64,000 bases of DNA from Podarcis erhardii (lineage: Eukaryota). The DNA is taken from NCBI GenBank assembly GCA_964252035.1, contig OZ176204.1; one strand, 5' to 3'. Both the position numbers and the translations under genes were made by a program. Within the stretch, counting starts at the first letter, position 1, and the number at the start of each line of letters is the position of its first letter. Positions 49,327 through 63,424 of this stretch are shown here, in pieces. Below the pieces are notes generated by a model. The model was not told the origin of the DNA. It was given only the letters and a program-made list of their open reading frames with translations, and did not search any database.

Positions 49327-50902
49327 GATTCTGAAATCCCATAATCCGTGGTAGGAATCCTTATTGACTAAGCCTGCTGCTCTGCTGCAACTTAGCTAGT
49401 TTTCAGGACAGTATACAGACTGGACCAAGAATCCTGCCCCATGACTTCCACTCCTCGTCCTACTACCATTATGTCATCACTAGACCAGCAACTTTGATAT
49501 TAATGTGATAAATTGATGTGCCCCTGCTGGCATTTAGGGTAGGATGTAATTAGTATTTATAGAAAACGCTATGAAACAAAAGTTTTTGGCTGCAATATAA
49601 TTTCAATGACCATTGCTGACTCCTAATAATAACAATAACAACAACTACAGCAGAGTAGCAATAGATTGCATACGACCATGCAAATCTTGTCAGGGGGAAG
49701 AAAAAAGGATGAGGTGTTGCCACAATATCGTAAAATGGATTTGCTACAGTCAGTAATTGCAAAAATAATTCATATGTTTAAATTTGAGAAGCTTTTAGGT
49801 ATCATTTAATCTGAGTCATTTGAAATCACAAGCAAAGTCATTTTTTATTCTTGCAAGGTCTTCTGCGATCCTCACCTCCTACCCCCAAAGCCACACCATT
49901 ATATTATATTCCTCTGTTTAGATGCTCCGTTCTGTGTTTGCAGTTGGTCTATTTTTTTACTATAATTTTGCCAGAGTTGTTCCTTACAACAGCAGCAAAA
50001 TAAAACAAACCCAGAGAGGGTGGGAGGGAGTTTATGTAGTTTGATTATCTCTTTTATTTCCCCCCATTTACTTAAGAAATTCGTTCCATTGGCTGGCGGT
50101 GATACAGTAAATTTGTAAATGAGAAGACAATATATATTAAAAAAAATCTAAATTACTTGTGCTTAATGACTGTGGCAGAACGCCTTTTTCTCTAAATCAG
50201 ATTGTCTTTCTTGCAGTTTAGTTTGATAGATTTGCAAGCTGTGGTGCTTCCGTTAACTTAGCGACGCTTGTAGGAACCGCTAGGCTTTGTTCCTTGGTGT
50301 AGGTTGCATGATCGCCCCATTAAGCAGACAACATATCAACAGACAACACAGATCATGAGCTCTCTGTGTTTGGGATATTATGTCATAGAGTGAATTGCAC
50401 CTGCTGACCTCTCTTGTAGGCCAAGATGGCATTTTAACAGCTTCTTTTAAAATATAGATATATAGATATTTAGAAGTTCAGCGAGTCAGCCGCAGCATCA
50501 ACGGCGATGAGGATTTGGGGATAGTGAAGCTGGTTTGGATCCCCAAGTTATATCAGTTCTTAATACGCATGTCTACTAGCTACTCACTGTATATATTGTC
50601 CTGGTATTTATTTATTATTTTGTGCAGGATTTTTGTAAACAGAGTCATGGGGGAAGGAGAAGTTTGTGTTTTGGTGTTTTGCTGGAATGTTTTACTTAAA
50701 TCTACATAGGCCTCTCTGGACCCTTAGGAAGCAGGATCTGGGCCGCGGAGGTGTGCTGCGATGTCTTATAGATCTTTTCAGTCGGAAAGAAACAGTTAAG
50801 AAATGGGAAAGCCTGTTTTGTGTTTTGTGTTTTTTTTAAACTTCACTTCCTAGAAAATGTTATTCTAATGAGAAGCTCATTTATCAGCTCTTCCAGTGCA
50901 AA

Positions 50903-50920
50903 GAGCGCCACCTTGCAGGG
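50903..50920 (-). promoter_or_regulatory. candidate CTCF site
   Basis: Minus strand CCCTGCAAGGTGGCGCTC versus consensus CCASYAGRKGGCRS; the AGGTGGCGC core is intact. Confidence 0.4.
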
Positions 50921-52227
50921 CCTACAGATACTGAAAGAAGTTCGAGAAAACCATAGAGGCTGAGGCACAAACCCGGAGGAACTGCGGCCGAAAGACACGC
51001 TGGGTATTCATTTAACCCTAAAGAAATGCAATGATAAAGTTTAGTCGTCTCCAGACCGTTAGCCTTAGCGGGAAAGTAGCAGTTTCAGCGATTTAGTATG
51101 CGACCCTAAATGGAAAAGGAAAGAAGATATAGGGCAATATACAATATTATCTTCCCTTACCCGCCCACCACCAGCATGATTGAAAGGAATCATCGGTTCA
51201 TTTTTACAAAATCTAGAAGAATCTTAAAAGATAAATGCCATAGCTTCTTTGGGTGTAGATTTTATTATTCTTCTCCAGTGGTAGTTTGTTTTAGAAATGT
51301 GTTTTATCTGAATGGATTGCTTGGCTACCAATACCGAGTATTCTGTCATTTTCAAATCAGACGATTTTGAACATCATTAAAACTAAGTTCTATCTATGCT
51401 TGAACTTGTATTGTAACACTCCCCCCGTCAAAAAAAACCCCCATAGTAACCCCACGACCTATAAAATAACATGTTTCTTGGAATAACCAGTCAGCCACAC
51501 ATATTTGGTTACACAACTCAGCGATGGGCGCTAGAATGTTTTAAAAGTTTAATACATTTAATTACAATATTGCATCTGTCTGGTTTTGAACAGATAAATA
51601 GACACGCACTATTTATATGTATGTGTGTGTTTATACACGCGCGCGCACACACACACTCGCACACACACTCACATATATATATGGAGAGAGATCGTGGCTT
51701 CTTGTAAGAATGCTTAATTAACTCTTTTACTGAATAAATCAATACCTGGCGAAGATCATTTTTTTAAAAAAAAAAAATACTTGACAAGAATGCTATTAAG
51801 AAGAGAGGTTGCATTAAATGGCCTTTTAAACTCCAACCCAGTCTCTCATTGTGCGGGTACTTTTAATGTCTGCTTCGTGAGATGTATATTTCATACTTTT
51901 CTTCATGGGCTATTAGGTATGGAAAGACGTGAACGCTGGCTGAGAAATATGAATTGTTAGAGTCTATTTAGCAGAAACTCCAGACAATGGAGAAGCGGGC
52001 TTGTGGGGCATGGAGAGCCGCGCGTTTGGATTATTGAGGCAGCAGCCTGTAGCTCAGATGATGTTGTTTTATTCCCAGACTCCGCGTCATCTTCCAAAGG
52101 ATGTAAGATTTCTGCACGCCAATGCGGAACCTTTGAAGACCACCCAGAAACACTGTCCAAAATGTGTGGATATGATTATGTTCGTGCGGGTTTTATAGGC
52201 ACACACACAAACCGCAGGTAGACTTCA

Positions 52228-52305
52228 CTGGCTGCAATCCTGTGTACATTTACTTGGGAGTAACACCCATTTAACTTAGTATAATTTACAGACGAGTAAA
52301 CACGC
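52228..52305. mobile_element. palindromic MITE-like repeat
   Basis: GGCTGCAATCCTG...CATTTACTTGGGAGTAACACCCATT...GAGTAAACACGCAATAG. Confidence 0.6.
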
Positions 52306-53891
52306 AATAGAAAAGATCATACTTTTATCATGCTTGCAGGCAAAAGCTGTCTGCAACCTGAAGTTTTCATAAATATTTACGTTTTAAACTATTTTTTCCC
52401 AATGCTATCAATCACCCTCCCATACTTTCTGTAAATAGAAAATAGGAGCCCGTACTTGCGAGATAGGGGATGTAATCAGAAGTAGACTTTGAAGTAAAAA
52501 CCACTGATGTCAATACGATTAACTTCTGAGTATACATGGTTCTGTTAAATCTTAAAATTAAGCTTTTTAAGAACGAGCTACATTCGGAATAAAGGGTAGT
52601 GCAAGATCACGTGGAATTTCGACAGTAGTAGAGTGGCCAATCTGTTGCATGCTTTACAACAGGAATAATTTTCTTTACAAACGTAAAACATAAACTACAA
52701 TTCTCTCTTGTTGTTGTTTAAAAAATAAATTTGCTTTGCTCGAGAGCATATTTATACCCCAATCCTAAATAATGCAGACTCTTGGTTTCCGCCTGACATT
52801 CCACTGAAACGATCAGAAAACGAAATTCCATTTTGAATTATTGATTTTTCAAGGAAATCTAACTGAAATTCCCATTTATTTCCCTGTAAAATTCAATTGA
52901 ATCTACTTCCAAGTAACTGTTTAGGATAGGAGACTAAGGGCAGGAGAGGGAAGAGGCAAATGCGAGGGAAAGCTGGCCTACAATGTGAGCTCTCCAAGGG
53001 AGGCGGGATGGGAAAGCAGGGATGGAATAGTTCTAAATAATAAACTTGACGCATGATTTTCTTTGAAGTATGACAACCCCCCGAAAATCTATATGGGAAG
53101 ATCTATATTTCTGGCAGAGGAGTGGTAGCTGGCATCTTTTTGTCGAAAAAGGGAATACAGTTGTATTTAAAGGAACTGAGCGCAAGAAATGGACCGGCAC
53201 TTTTACGCTGTTTCTACTTCATATACCTCCGCATAGCTACATTATCCATCTATACCCTCATTAGTGCCCTGTTCGGTGTATTTATTTACTTGGGTGTGTT
53301 TATGTAGCCTTTATGTGCACATTGATAGACCTAACCTGCTCGAATGATGTAAGAGTAAAAAGATATTGAGCCATTCACCAGTTACAAAGAGTTAAAGAGA
53401 GTCAGATAACATTTTGGAGAAGAAAGCAAAATAAGGCTATGAAGGTTTTGATGGCGAGTTGTGGACAAAGGGTGTTTGCAGAAATTAGATTTTTTTTTTA
53501 ATTTTAAAGTAGGCAGAGGACAATTTATATATCACTCAGAAATCCTGACAAACCCACTTTTTTTTACACCTGCTGAGATTCCTTTACATGGGTTTTCGAC
53601 AGGGCCTCCTAGTTATGGTTTCCCCTGTTTATATAAAACTTTTGTTTGGGAGCTAAAAATATACCAGATACATACATACCTGTTATATAATGTGCATCTA
53701 ATGGACAACTAGATGGCTTAGCTGTAAATTTCATGCATACTGGTTCAAATCACATATCCCTGCTTGTTTTGCATTTGGTAACTTCGCATTTTAATTAATT
53801 TTTATTTGGCTTTCCTCCCACATTGCCTTTGATGCTTTTTTTGTGTGGTCTTACCGTAGTACACTCTCCCCCTCCCCCTCTTTACTCTGTC

Positions 53892-53926
<35 letters not shown>

Positions 53927-55295
53927 CTCACTCTTAGACGTTTGCTAGTTACTCCACTTGTTAAGTGTGTGTACATGTATGATTATAAAGAGACCAATAT
54001 AATAAAATAAAAAAATGCTTACTTCTCTATTCATTTTAGAAAATAAATAGGATGTGCGCACGCACACACACACATTATGCTTCTTGTGTATAATTGTAAT
54101 ATGCCCATTTCTTAATTTTATTGTGTATATCTAAATCTATCTTTTCAATCTGTTTCCTACACAGTACATAACACAGTACATAAGCACTAGATGGTCAGGA
54201 TATAAATCTTTGTACAAAATAATAAACAAATAATAAACAATTCCAAAATAACAAGTCAATTCAATCTTTAAACCCACCCTTCCCCTTCTAGGTTCTGTAA
54301 GTCAGGCCTGCTTCATCCTCGATTAACAAGAAACAGGATCATGTGAAACCAGAGGGCTATTTTTACCGTGCAGCTGGAAGCTGTCATCAATTGGTAACAT
54401 TTATTTCAGCCTTAGAATGATAGTACAAAATAGCATGAAGTTTCCAGATGACACCCCTATTGGAGGCAGTGTTTTTGAAGAATAATAAATCAAATTAACT
54501 ACCCAATCATGCTGGCTTCTCCAAGATAATGTGTGTGTGTGTGTGTGTACACACGTTATCCTGGGAGAGTCTCTATTTATATATGTGTAGTGTGTGATAA
54601 TCTTGCTTGCTAGGACACGATCCAGCAAAATAAAGCACTTTGAAGTCACATTTATTTCAGTGGGAGTATGAAGCATGGGCTTATGCCCCTTCCCTTGCAA
54701 GCAATGTGCTTAATATTGCTATGCATAACAATTATTTAAATATGGATTATACAAGACAGACGTATTCAAAGATATACCTGTGCTTGTTTTTGTTTGCGAA
54801 TGTTCTTCTACGACCCATTTTGTTTGACAATACTTTTAATGATATTTATTATGTGTCACCCAATTCGGTTATTTCTCATGTGCGTGCGTTTTAAACCGTT
54901 GCAATTAAAAAAGGTAAAGGGCAACGACAGAGAAATAGGGAGGGAAAAATAAATAAACAAATAAATAAATTGCATTAAACACACACATACACACATCCCC
55001 CGCCACACAAAAAAAACAAACAAACCCACTGTAAGGCCACGTGGTTTCTTTTCGATGCTGCCTTTTTCACGAAAAGCGAATCTGGGAATTTGGAGATAGG
55101 TAACGTATTCTGCTTTGCTTTTTGTTAAGGAGAGTTCCTGGAAAACAAGAAAAGACCACGTTTTTAGAAGCTTCGCTGTGCTTTCTGGCTACATCGGGGC
55201 TGCCAGCGGTCTCTAAAAGAGTTTTCCAATGCCACACATGAAACAGGCTGCTCTCTTTAAGAACACACAACGCTTGGCGTTAGATGTAGACTCGA

Positions 55296-55354
55296 CGCGC
55301 ATGCGCCTTCCTCAAGCTCGGGCACAGCTTCCACGTGCTGTTGCATATTTATAA
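55296..55354. promoter_or_regulatory. NRF1 palindrome, E-box and TATA-like cluster
   Basis: GCGCATGCGC at 55297-55306, CACGTG at 55332-55337, TATTTATA at 55346-55353. Confidence 0.4.
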
Positions 55355-58300
55355 CTCTCAGCACTTCCTAAACTGTCTAGAGAAGGTAACCACACAGAGC
55401 CTAAATCATCGGGAAACCGTTGGCGAGGCTCCCAAAATAGTTTGGTAGGGGAATATGCACATGTTTGTTTTCAGACATCTATGGTTTAAGCAAGATCGTA
55501 ATACAACAAGGCACAGAAGGTTCATAAACCTTGACAGATAAACAACAAACATTGTGACACCCCCCCCAACCCGGAAAAAAACCCGAGAGGCTCTATAAGG
55601 CGACGGCAGCAATAGCAGCAGCAGCAACAAGACCATTCTCAAGGAGTATTCTGTGATCGCAGCCACTCCATGAAAAATCATTTCACATCGGTTGAACCAG
55701 GAAGCCCTAGAGTTGCCACGCAGTACTGTTTCTGAAAGAAAACTTTATTTTTCACTCTCCTCACGACCCCATATATCCACATCACATAATGTTATCAAAT
55801 GCATTTTATTCCACGGTTAGGTGGGCCCAACCACGCCTCTCGAATAGATCTTTCCTTAGGCCCCAGCGGTGGCTTTTTCGCTACAGAGTGAGACCCTAAC
55901 GCTTAGCTCTGGCTTGTCTGTCAAATATTCTCCAGTCTGTCCCTCCTCCCTTTCTCCCAAGCCTCTACACGTCGGACGAGCACAACCTATCGCGTTGAAT
56001 GAATCCTTTAGCTGGACTCCTCGGCACTAATAATTTTCAGATGAGATGTCTTCCTAGGCCAAAAGGTTTCTCTGGTCCTAGGTGCTGACCAGAGCACATT
56101 CTCTCCGCCATTCCATCTACACCGGGTGGGCGTAATTTACTTCTAGATCTTGTGGAATTAAAAGATAAACAGCGTGAAACATGACTGGAACCTCGGACCT
56201 GGAAGTGCAGTGATTTCAGTTGGTCTAACTTTCTAGGTAAATGTGTCATTTACAACTATTTAACGTGTGTGTGTTTAAAATGAGAAGAGAGCCACCCTAA
56301 CAGGCCAAGAGGGAGAAAAGCTGCATAAATAAAAGATGACTTTCTTTTTAAAAGAAGCTATTGTTTTCCAGCCCATTGTCATAATGAGGAAATCACGCAC
56401 CAGGTACGCAGCAGTGACTGCTCGAGCTATGTTTAGCCAGCCTTACAACTCGGTCAAAGCTCTTGGATTTCACCCCTCAGCGTGCCATTAAAGTCTGTAA
56501 GAGGGCACTGACTTAATGCTTAGCGGTACTTAAGCCTCTCTGAGTTATAGGTGGGACTAAAGGCGTGTAAAATAGATGGCACCTCATACAAGGCAGGGGA
56601 ACCTCACTCGGAGTCAGCTTTGTCTCTCTCTCCCCCCCTCCAATATAGACACACACACACACACACACACACACGAAATCACCAATTGTCGATGACAATT
56701 TCTTCTCACCCAGTTCACCTCAAGGTGACATCAGGTTCAGACTAGAGACTCATTTTCAAAGTTAGTGGCTGGGCTATTATGGGTGGAGTAAAAAGGCTAC
56801 AGGAATAGCCTTTGACCACATCTCATTTGTGGACACTCTCTCTTCCTCCTCCCATATTTCTTGCCCCCTCCTCCCGTAATAAAGGATCTGCCATTATCAA
56901 GATTATTTCGCTTTAAAAACAGCAACAAAATAAACAAATCTCTTCGGCGTTCCATTTCAGACCCCTGACATCTAAGCACTGTATGTGACAAGTAAATATC
57001 TCTGAGCCTGCAAATAGGAATAAAGACTTAAATCTACTGTCTCGACTCCAATATCATTTACAACCATTTGTTTACACCAGGTTGGAATTTAAAACTAGAG
57101 CCTTTTTAAAAAAATAAAATAAAATGTAGACTTCAACGACCGCAAATGTTTGTCGCAGTCCTACAACCCTGCGCCCACAGAGCATATTTTAGGCAGGATA
57201 ACGTAAGAGATTTTGGTGACTTTTAAAAAGAGGATTGAAGCATAGAGAACCACACGCGCACACACCTTGATCACGTGTCCAGTCAATGTCTGTGTAAACA
57301 GATGGATTCGTTTTGTTCAAAACGTGGGTGGAGAAACCTCCGCCCCCACAACTGTTGATCATCTTCCTTTTTATCTTCCTTATTTAAGATCACTGCATTC
57401 TAAAAACACGGTTGCAAGGTTGCTTTGTTTATGCACACTAAATTAGCCTATTAATCTATACTTCATAGATCCAGTTAAACCCCGGTTTCTTCTTCCAAAA
57501 TAAAGATGTTTAGATATTTTTTTTCGGGGGGGGGGGATATTAAAATGCTAGGGTAACAGAGAATAAAATGCAGAAACACAGAACAAGATCCATAGTTTGA
57601 TGTTTAGACCCTTCCCATTCAAACTATCTAGCCTATTTTAGTACAGTATCTCTTTCATTCTTTTGGCCAATAATTAACAAGCACCCCTCCAAAAAAAAAA
57701 CCACCCCCTACACTAGCCTGGAGCTTTGTTTGAAAGCTGTTTTGTTTACAAAATAATATTTATTGTCAGGAGATTTCCCCCTCCCGCCACATCTCTTACC
57801 TCCGGAGCGTTTACACTTTTCGCTTAGCTGGAGGGAATGTGGAACTGAGATTTGGCCCTGGATATAATCTCCCCGTCTCTTTCCCTCTCCCTCTCTCTCC
57901 CTCTCCCTCTTTCTGTATAGATCTGGCACGGCTTTGCTCTCTTAACTCCCAGATCTTTGTTTCGGTGGTGGCGGCCAGAAAGAGCAAGAGAGCGCTGTGC
58001 TCTCAACTTCCCTCTGGCTTCCTTTAAAAACAACAACACACAAGTCCTCTTCCAACTTTTCCTCCAGTTATTCACTTTTCAACCCTACTGACAGCATTTG
58101 CCGAAAATCTACACTCCAGCTTTGGTAAGTGATGCGTTGCTCCATTGCAAAATGGCACTGCTCGGATAGCCTCTGCGCGCGCGTGTGTGTGACGTGTGGA
58201 AGAGAGAGAGAGAGAAAGAGTGAGAGAGAGAGTGTATGTTTTGTTTTGTTTGCGAGCAGCGTTGCCCAAGTACTTTCACATCAAACAGGACAGAGTTAAA

Positions 58301-58805
58301 CTATTGTGGCGTTTGAAATCGCAACAGGAACAAGCATGATCACTATCTGTTGGCTCGGACAGACTTTATGGCACGAAAACTGAATCTGCCCAGCAACTTT
58401 TTGTTGCTGGTATTGTTTTTGCTGGAGCTACTTTGAGGAGATCGAGGCCATGACATTTACATATTTTTTTTATACCAGGGCGTAATAACAAAGCTGTCAC
58501 GGGGCTCTGAGATAATTCCTTTAGTATTTAAGGGCAATTTAATATTATTATTAATGTTCTTAATATTAATCACACTAGCACACTAGTATTATTGGAAATA
58601 ATGCACCTAAATATCCTTTTGCAATTTAAATGATATCTGCATAGAGCGTTTTCTAGCCTCCTCCAAATACACGTTTTCACGTGAACTTAAACTATTCTTA
58701 TGAATGGCTTCTTAATGCGCCCATTCTATTAAATTGTAACTCGGAGTGACTGGAACTCACAGGTATTTAGAAAAGGTTTAATTTGAATTCCTCCTTAGTC
58801 CCCCC

Positions 58806-58852
58806 CCCTTCCCTTCCCTTCCCTTCCCTTCCCTTCCCTTTTTTTTTTTTTT
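58806..58852. repeat. (CCCTT)7 plus poly-T; poly-A then (AAGGG)7 on the minus strand
   Basis: Read directly from the sequence. Confidence 0.95.
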
Positions 58853-59969
58853 AAGGAAAGGAAAGTGAACATAACTGCTGTGTAGAGTTGACCTTTCGTT
58901 GACACGACTTGGTAGGAGACAGTTTGCAAATGAGGACTGGATAAATTAGATACTAAAGTTAGCGGGGTTTAGATGGTACCCGGTGATAAATCCACTGGAA
59001 TTAGCCAGAGAAGTAGTTAGCCCTCGAGGTCTGAAAGTTTAACAAAGTTCAAGGGAGTCTGAACGGCATCTCGAGAGAGCCCTGGAAATTACAATGGAAG
59101 AGAAGATGATTCCCTCGGGTGAAAAAGCACAGGCAGTAGCACTAGCGGCGGCGGCAGCAACAACAACAACAGCACCTTCAAGTTCATTGCACTTTCCGCT
59201 TCTCGAAAGCTTTGGCTTTGGTTGTTCTCACTTTTCTGTAGTAGTTATAACAATAGCGTGGGCGCAGTGATTTCAGTTCTTAGAAAACCCAGCGCCGAGC
59301 AAGCGTGTGAAACAGTATGCTAACAGTTGTGCTAACAAGTGGTGTTACTTTCTTAACGCTGGAAGTGTGAACGTATTGCATTCCTCAAAAACAGCGTCCT
59401 TAAAAAAAAAGTGGGTCTAAATAAAGAACTTCGCGGTTTATAAAATTGCACACCGAGTTTACTCGTGGATTCAAATGGATCTCTACCACAGGGAGAGGGA
59501 GGGACTTTGGCTTCCGGAACAAAGCAAAAGCTGCACAAACAAACAAACAAACAAACATAACAATAAAAGCCATTACTCTTCTTGCCCGCTCTCCCCTCCA
59601 TTCTTCTTACTGTGTTTACACAGTTTAAAGGAGCTGGAGATCATCTCGCCCTTGAATGCTTGTTCGTGTTATTAAACTTTATATATTATAAGACCCTCAT
59701 ATCTTTGGGTAGGTCTTAGTATGTGCTTTGTTTTTTTTATAGCATTGGTGTTATATTAAAATCAAGCTGTTTGATTTGATACGGTAATACGAGACTTCCC
59801 ACTGTCTGAAGGGCGAAGACGAGGTTCAATGCTAGAAAATGTCAATATAACTGCAGAGGACCGCCCCCCCTTCCCTTCGCACACCTGCCCCCGGCTCTGT
59901 TAACTTGTCAAAGGTTACTTAGTGAAGTCGTGCCACGTACTGACAACTTTTGCAATGGACTAATGTCTG

Positions 59970-60066
59970 TAAGGCTACAATCCTATCGATACACACTTAC
60001 CTGAGAGGAAGCCCCATTGAATACATTGGGACTTAATTCTGAGTATCACACAGCAATGCACTGTAA
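59970..60066. mobile_element. palindromic MITE-like repeat (PIF/Harbinger-type by inference)
   Basis: TAA-GGCTACAATCCTA...CTTACCTGAGAGGAAGCCCCATTGAATACATTGGGACTTAATTCTGAGTA...TAA. TWA flanks and GGC-starting termini are Harbinger/Tourist-like traits. Confidence 0.65.
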
Positions 60067-63000
60067 GTTGCTTTCGGTAGGAATGTTCCCCTCCCCCTCC
60101 GATCAACATTTGGTGTGTGTGTGTGTGTGTGTAGACATTTAACGGTTTTCTTGCCCACCTAATAGACTTTCACCTAGCACCCTAGAATGGCAGATTCCAC
60201 GAAGTCCACGTTTTTAACCATTTTAACTAGCTAAAGTCTTCCTGCGCCAGGCACACGTCAACGAAACTCACTTTTATGCAATTTTGAACAAGATCTCGTG
60301 CCAAACTTACTGTTTCTTGGAAACAGAAATAAATGATGTTGACTAGGTAAGAAGCAGCGGGCGATTTTGCATTCTCTAAGCTGGCAAATTGTCTATTGTT
60401 AGACAAATTCTGGGGTGACTGGTGTAGAAGTGAACAGCCCCCTCCACCAAATGAATTATCAACGAGATTCTGCTTCGGTTAAGTCCTTACCCTGGTCGGA
60501 AAGAGATTTCAGCTGTACATAGATAGATCTCAATATACCCCCCCCAAAAAAAATAGGTCTTGGAGCCCATTCTTCCACACGCTTTTGGGGGAGACATTGC
60601 CAGTTAACCAAGAGTGCTGGGGAGCAAAGCCCTTTCATAATAAATGCAATGATCAAGGAATGACTTTAGGCTAGAGGGATGGTGGATGTCTGACAGAGAA
60701 GTGGAATCGCACTCAGGTCACATTCTTTGTAGTCAGGTTTTGGTAAAGTACCTGGCTTTCCATATGATATATACAGTGCAATATATATGTCCATAAAACA
60801 GCAGATACGCATCTGTTATTGCCCCCAGTCTTAGACTATGCTGACAAGGTCATGGCAATCTATGTGGAAGAACGGCATTTCGATGCTAAGTACATTAACG
60901 TAGTGCATTAGAGTGAAATCAAGGGGACTCGCGTCCAAGGAAGTGTACTTAAGAGAGGAGTATAAGATGTAGGAGTCTTAGTTGCAGCAGGTTTCCTTTA
61001 GTGGATGAAGCGCCCTCCCCGTCAAATATAAAGCAGGTCTGGCCCTGGAGGCGCTATCTTGAACACTCGTTTTGGCATATTGTCTAGCGTATAAGTAAAT
61101 GCGGAGTAAAAGGACAGAGGTATTGGAAACATATATTAAGTTTGGCGAAAGAGTAAGCCTCAAATCACAAACTGCAACCTTTCTTGATTTAGTTCTGACC
61201 GCCCAACCTTAGTTAGCGCAGCTACCTGGGTGTAAATCGATCTGAAGTGCATAGGAATGGCTACTCGATCCTAAACAGTATCTAAAGAAGCGTGATTGAC
61301 CTCATTGGGGCACAGGTACCGATAAGTGCTTTTCGGACAGCAGCTGCGATCCCATAGCTAGATCACATCACCTGAAAGTATTCCAGTCCAAACTGAAGTC
61401 CACGAGACTGGAGTTCTCATTGAAGTCAGCTGAGAATGAGGCTCACGCGAAAGGTCTTTCCGGTGGATAGTGCCCAGCGTGTTTAGGATTCGGGTATAAA
61501 CTGGTTCAAATCCAAGTATTGCAATGTATTTGCATTGGGAACAAGCTCAGATATCTGATTACATTGTTGATATTACAGAAATCTACCAATCCATGTTCAG
61601 GAGGGAGAGGTGCCAATATCGCTGTGCGCGCGTTCAGACCTCCACACACCCCACTACTTTCTTTCAGGTCGGATTTGAACTCTCTGAAATCAGTTCAAAT
61701 ATATATTTAACATAAACGGGGTTTCTATAAACACAGTTTGGTCGGAATACAGTTTGGCTTGCTGGGGGAAACATCACCTTAGGATGCTGTGCGTGTATAT
61801 AGAGCACTTGTGTAGATATACCACATGTGTATAAATTCGCCACCAACAGCCATAACCCGGGGAGAAGATGGAAACAAACTGGGGGTGGGTGGGTGGAATC
61901 AAAATAGAAAAATAATGGCAGGTTTAAAAATTGTCTTAGCAGAACAGCTCATCTAAAAGCGGAGTGGGTGGGTGTCGTCTGACAATATCCTGAAAACAGG
62001 CATATGTTGAAAATAAATTAGAATTGCTATCAGTTCTATTTCAATCCACTTTTTATTGCAAGGCACCACATAAAAGCAGTTTGTAAACACTGTCTATACT
62101 ATCTTCATCCTGCAGTCTGTCATTTTTAGACGGTTCTTTGTATCTGCAGAACATTTAGTTAATTAATCATGCTTGCGTTTTTCTTTTCTTGTCTGGAATC
62201 CACAGTTTAAGGAATGCGAAATGGTTCAGCGTAGCGCACGCTTTTAGACGACTGTTTACTGTCTACCGCTGTTATCTCTACTTTAGCATGCCGGCTGCAA
62301 GAGAGAACTACGACATACCTATATGTCTGGGCTAATGTAAAAAGGATAATTTTAGGAATGGGAAAATGAAAGATGGCCCATTCATGGAAAAAGGGCAACT
62401 CTTCTCCCCATAGCTAATGCCAGATTTTCTACAGACTACTCCAAGAATAAAGTATCACCTAAGTCCCATGGATTTCAGCATGATTTTCTTTCATATAACA
62501 AGGAAACCAAGATCGGTGTGCAAAGTTTTTATTTTATTTTATTTGGTAGACTCTTTAGCATCTTTCTGTTTCTTAGCCACCCCTGGGTTCTTTTTTTCGT
62601 TACTAAAGCCAGCTTGTTGGGGGGAGTCACTATGACGAGCCCCTCTTCCTCTTTAGCCTAGTGTTTGTGAATGAATTCCATTGTGTCTTTCTTAAAACGA
62701 AAATAAGTTGCTGTATGACGTAACTGTTTTGATGTAAAGTTTATGTAATCAGGAGGTGCAGAGGAGTCAACAGAACGTATTCTAAATTTGCACCTTTCTC
62801 ATATAATTAGTTTTCTCCCTCTAAAGGGAGTTTAACCCCCCCCCCAAATATCTTTAATTGTTGAACGTTCCTGGTTGCAAGTCATTGCAGCCAGAAAGGT
62901 TAGATGTATGATGGTGTGTTTTCAGAGACTTGAAAGGGGTTTCCCAATCCATGCACTCCATATTAAGTGGCTTGTGGATTGGGCTCACCACTAGCAGCAA

Positions 63001-63424
63001 GAGACAGAAAATGTTTTCAAGGTATTAACTTGCTAATAGCCATGAGGTGTGATCGCTAGGCTGTATTCATCTATCTTTCCTCTGAATCATTTGAGAGATT
63101 CCTGTTGTTTTATTGGGAACAGGATCAGACCTTAAACTGAAAGTGGGAAGGCAGTAAAATGATTGCACAGGTGCAGGGCTGCTTTTGATTATTATTAATT
63201 TTTTTATTGAGGACTTATTGTACCTGGTGGCACCAATTATTTTCTTGCAGTCACTAGCAAACATTTCATTTTAAAAATAAACATATTTGACTCCCCAAAA
63301 GACTGAGAAAGTAGAAAGTAAACACCTCCAACGCCAGAATTCATCAATTCTTTATCTACCTTTAAGGTAGAACCTTAACTAAATAAACACAACTGATTTC
63401 ACTGTTTGAAAAACAATCATATAT

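Noticed and set aside
52079-52217. Plus-strand exon candidate (TTTTATTCCCAG| ... CAG|GTAGAC)
   Set aside because: Weak donor and no supporting frame or context.
58390-58410. 8-bp perfect hairpin CCAGCAAC-TTTTT-GTTGCTGG
   Set aside because: Several stems of this size are expected by chance in 64 kb.
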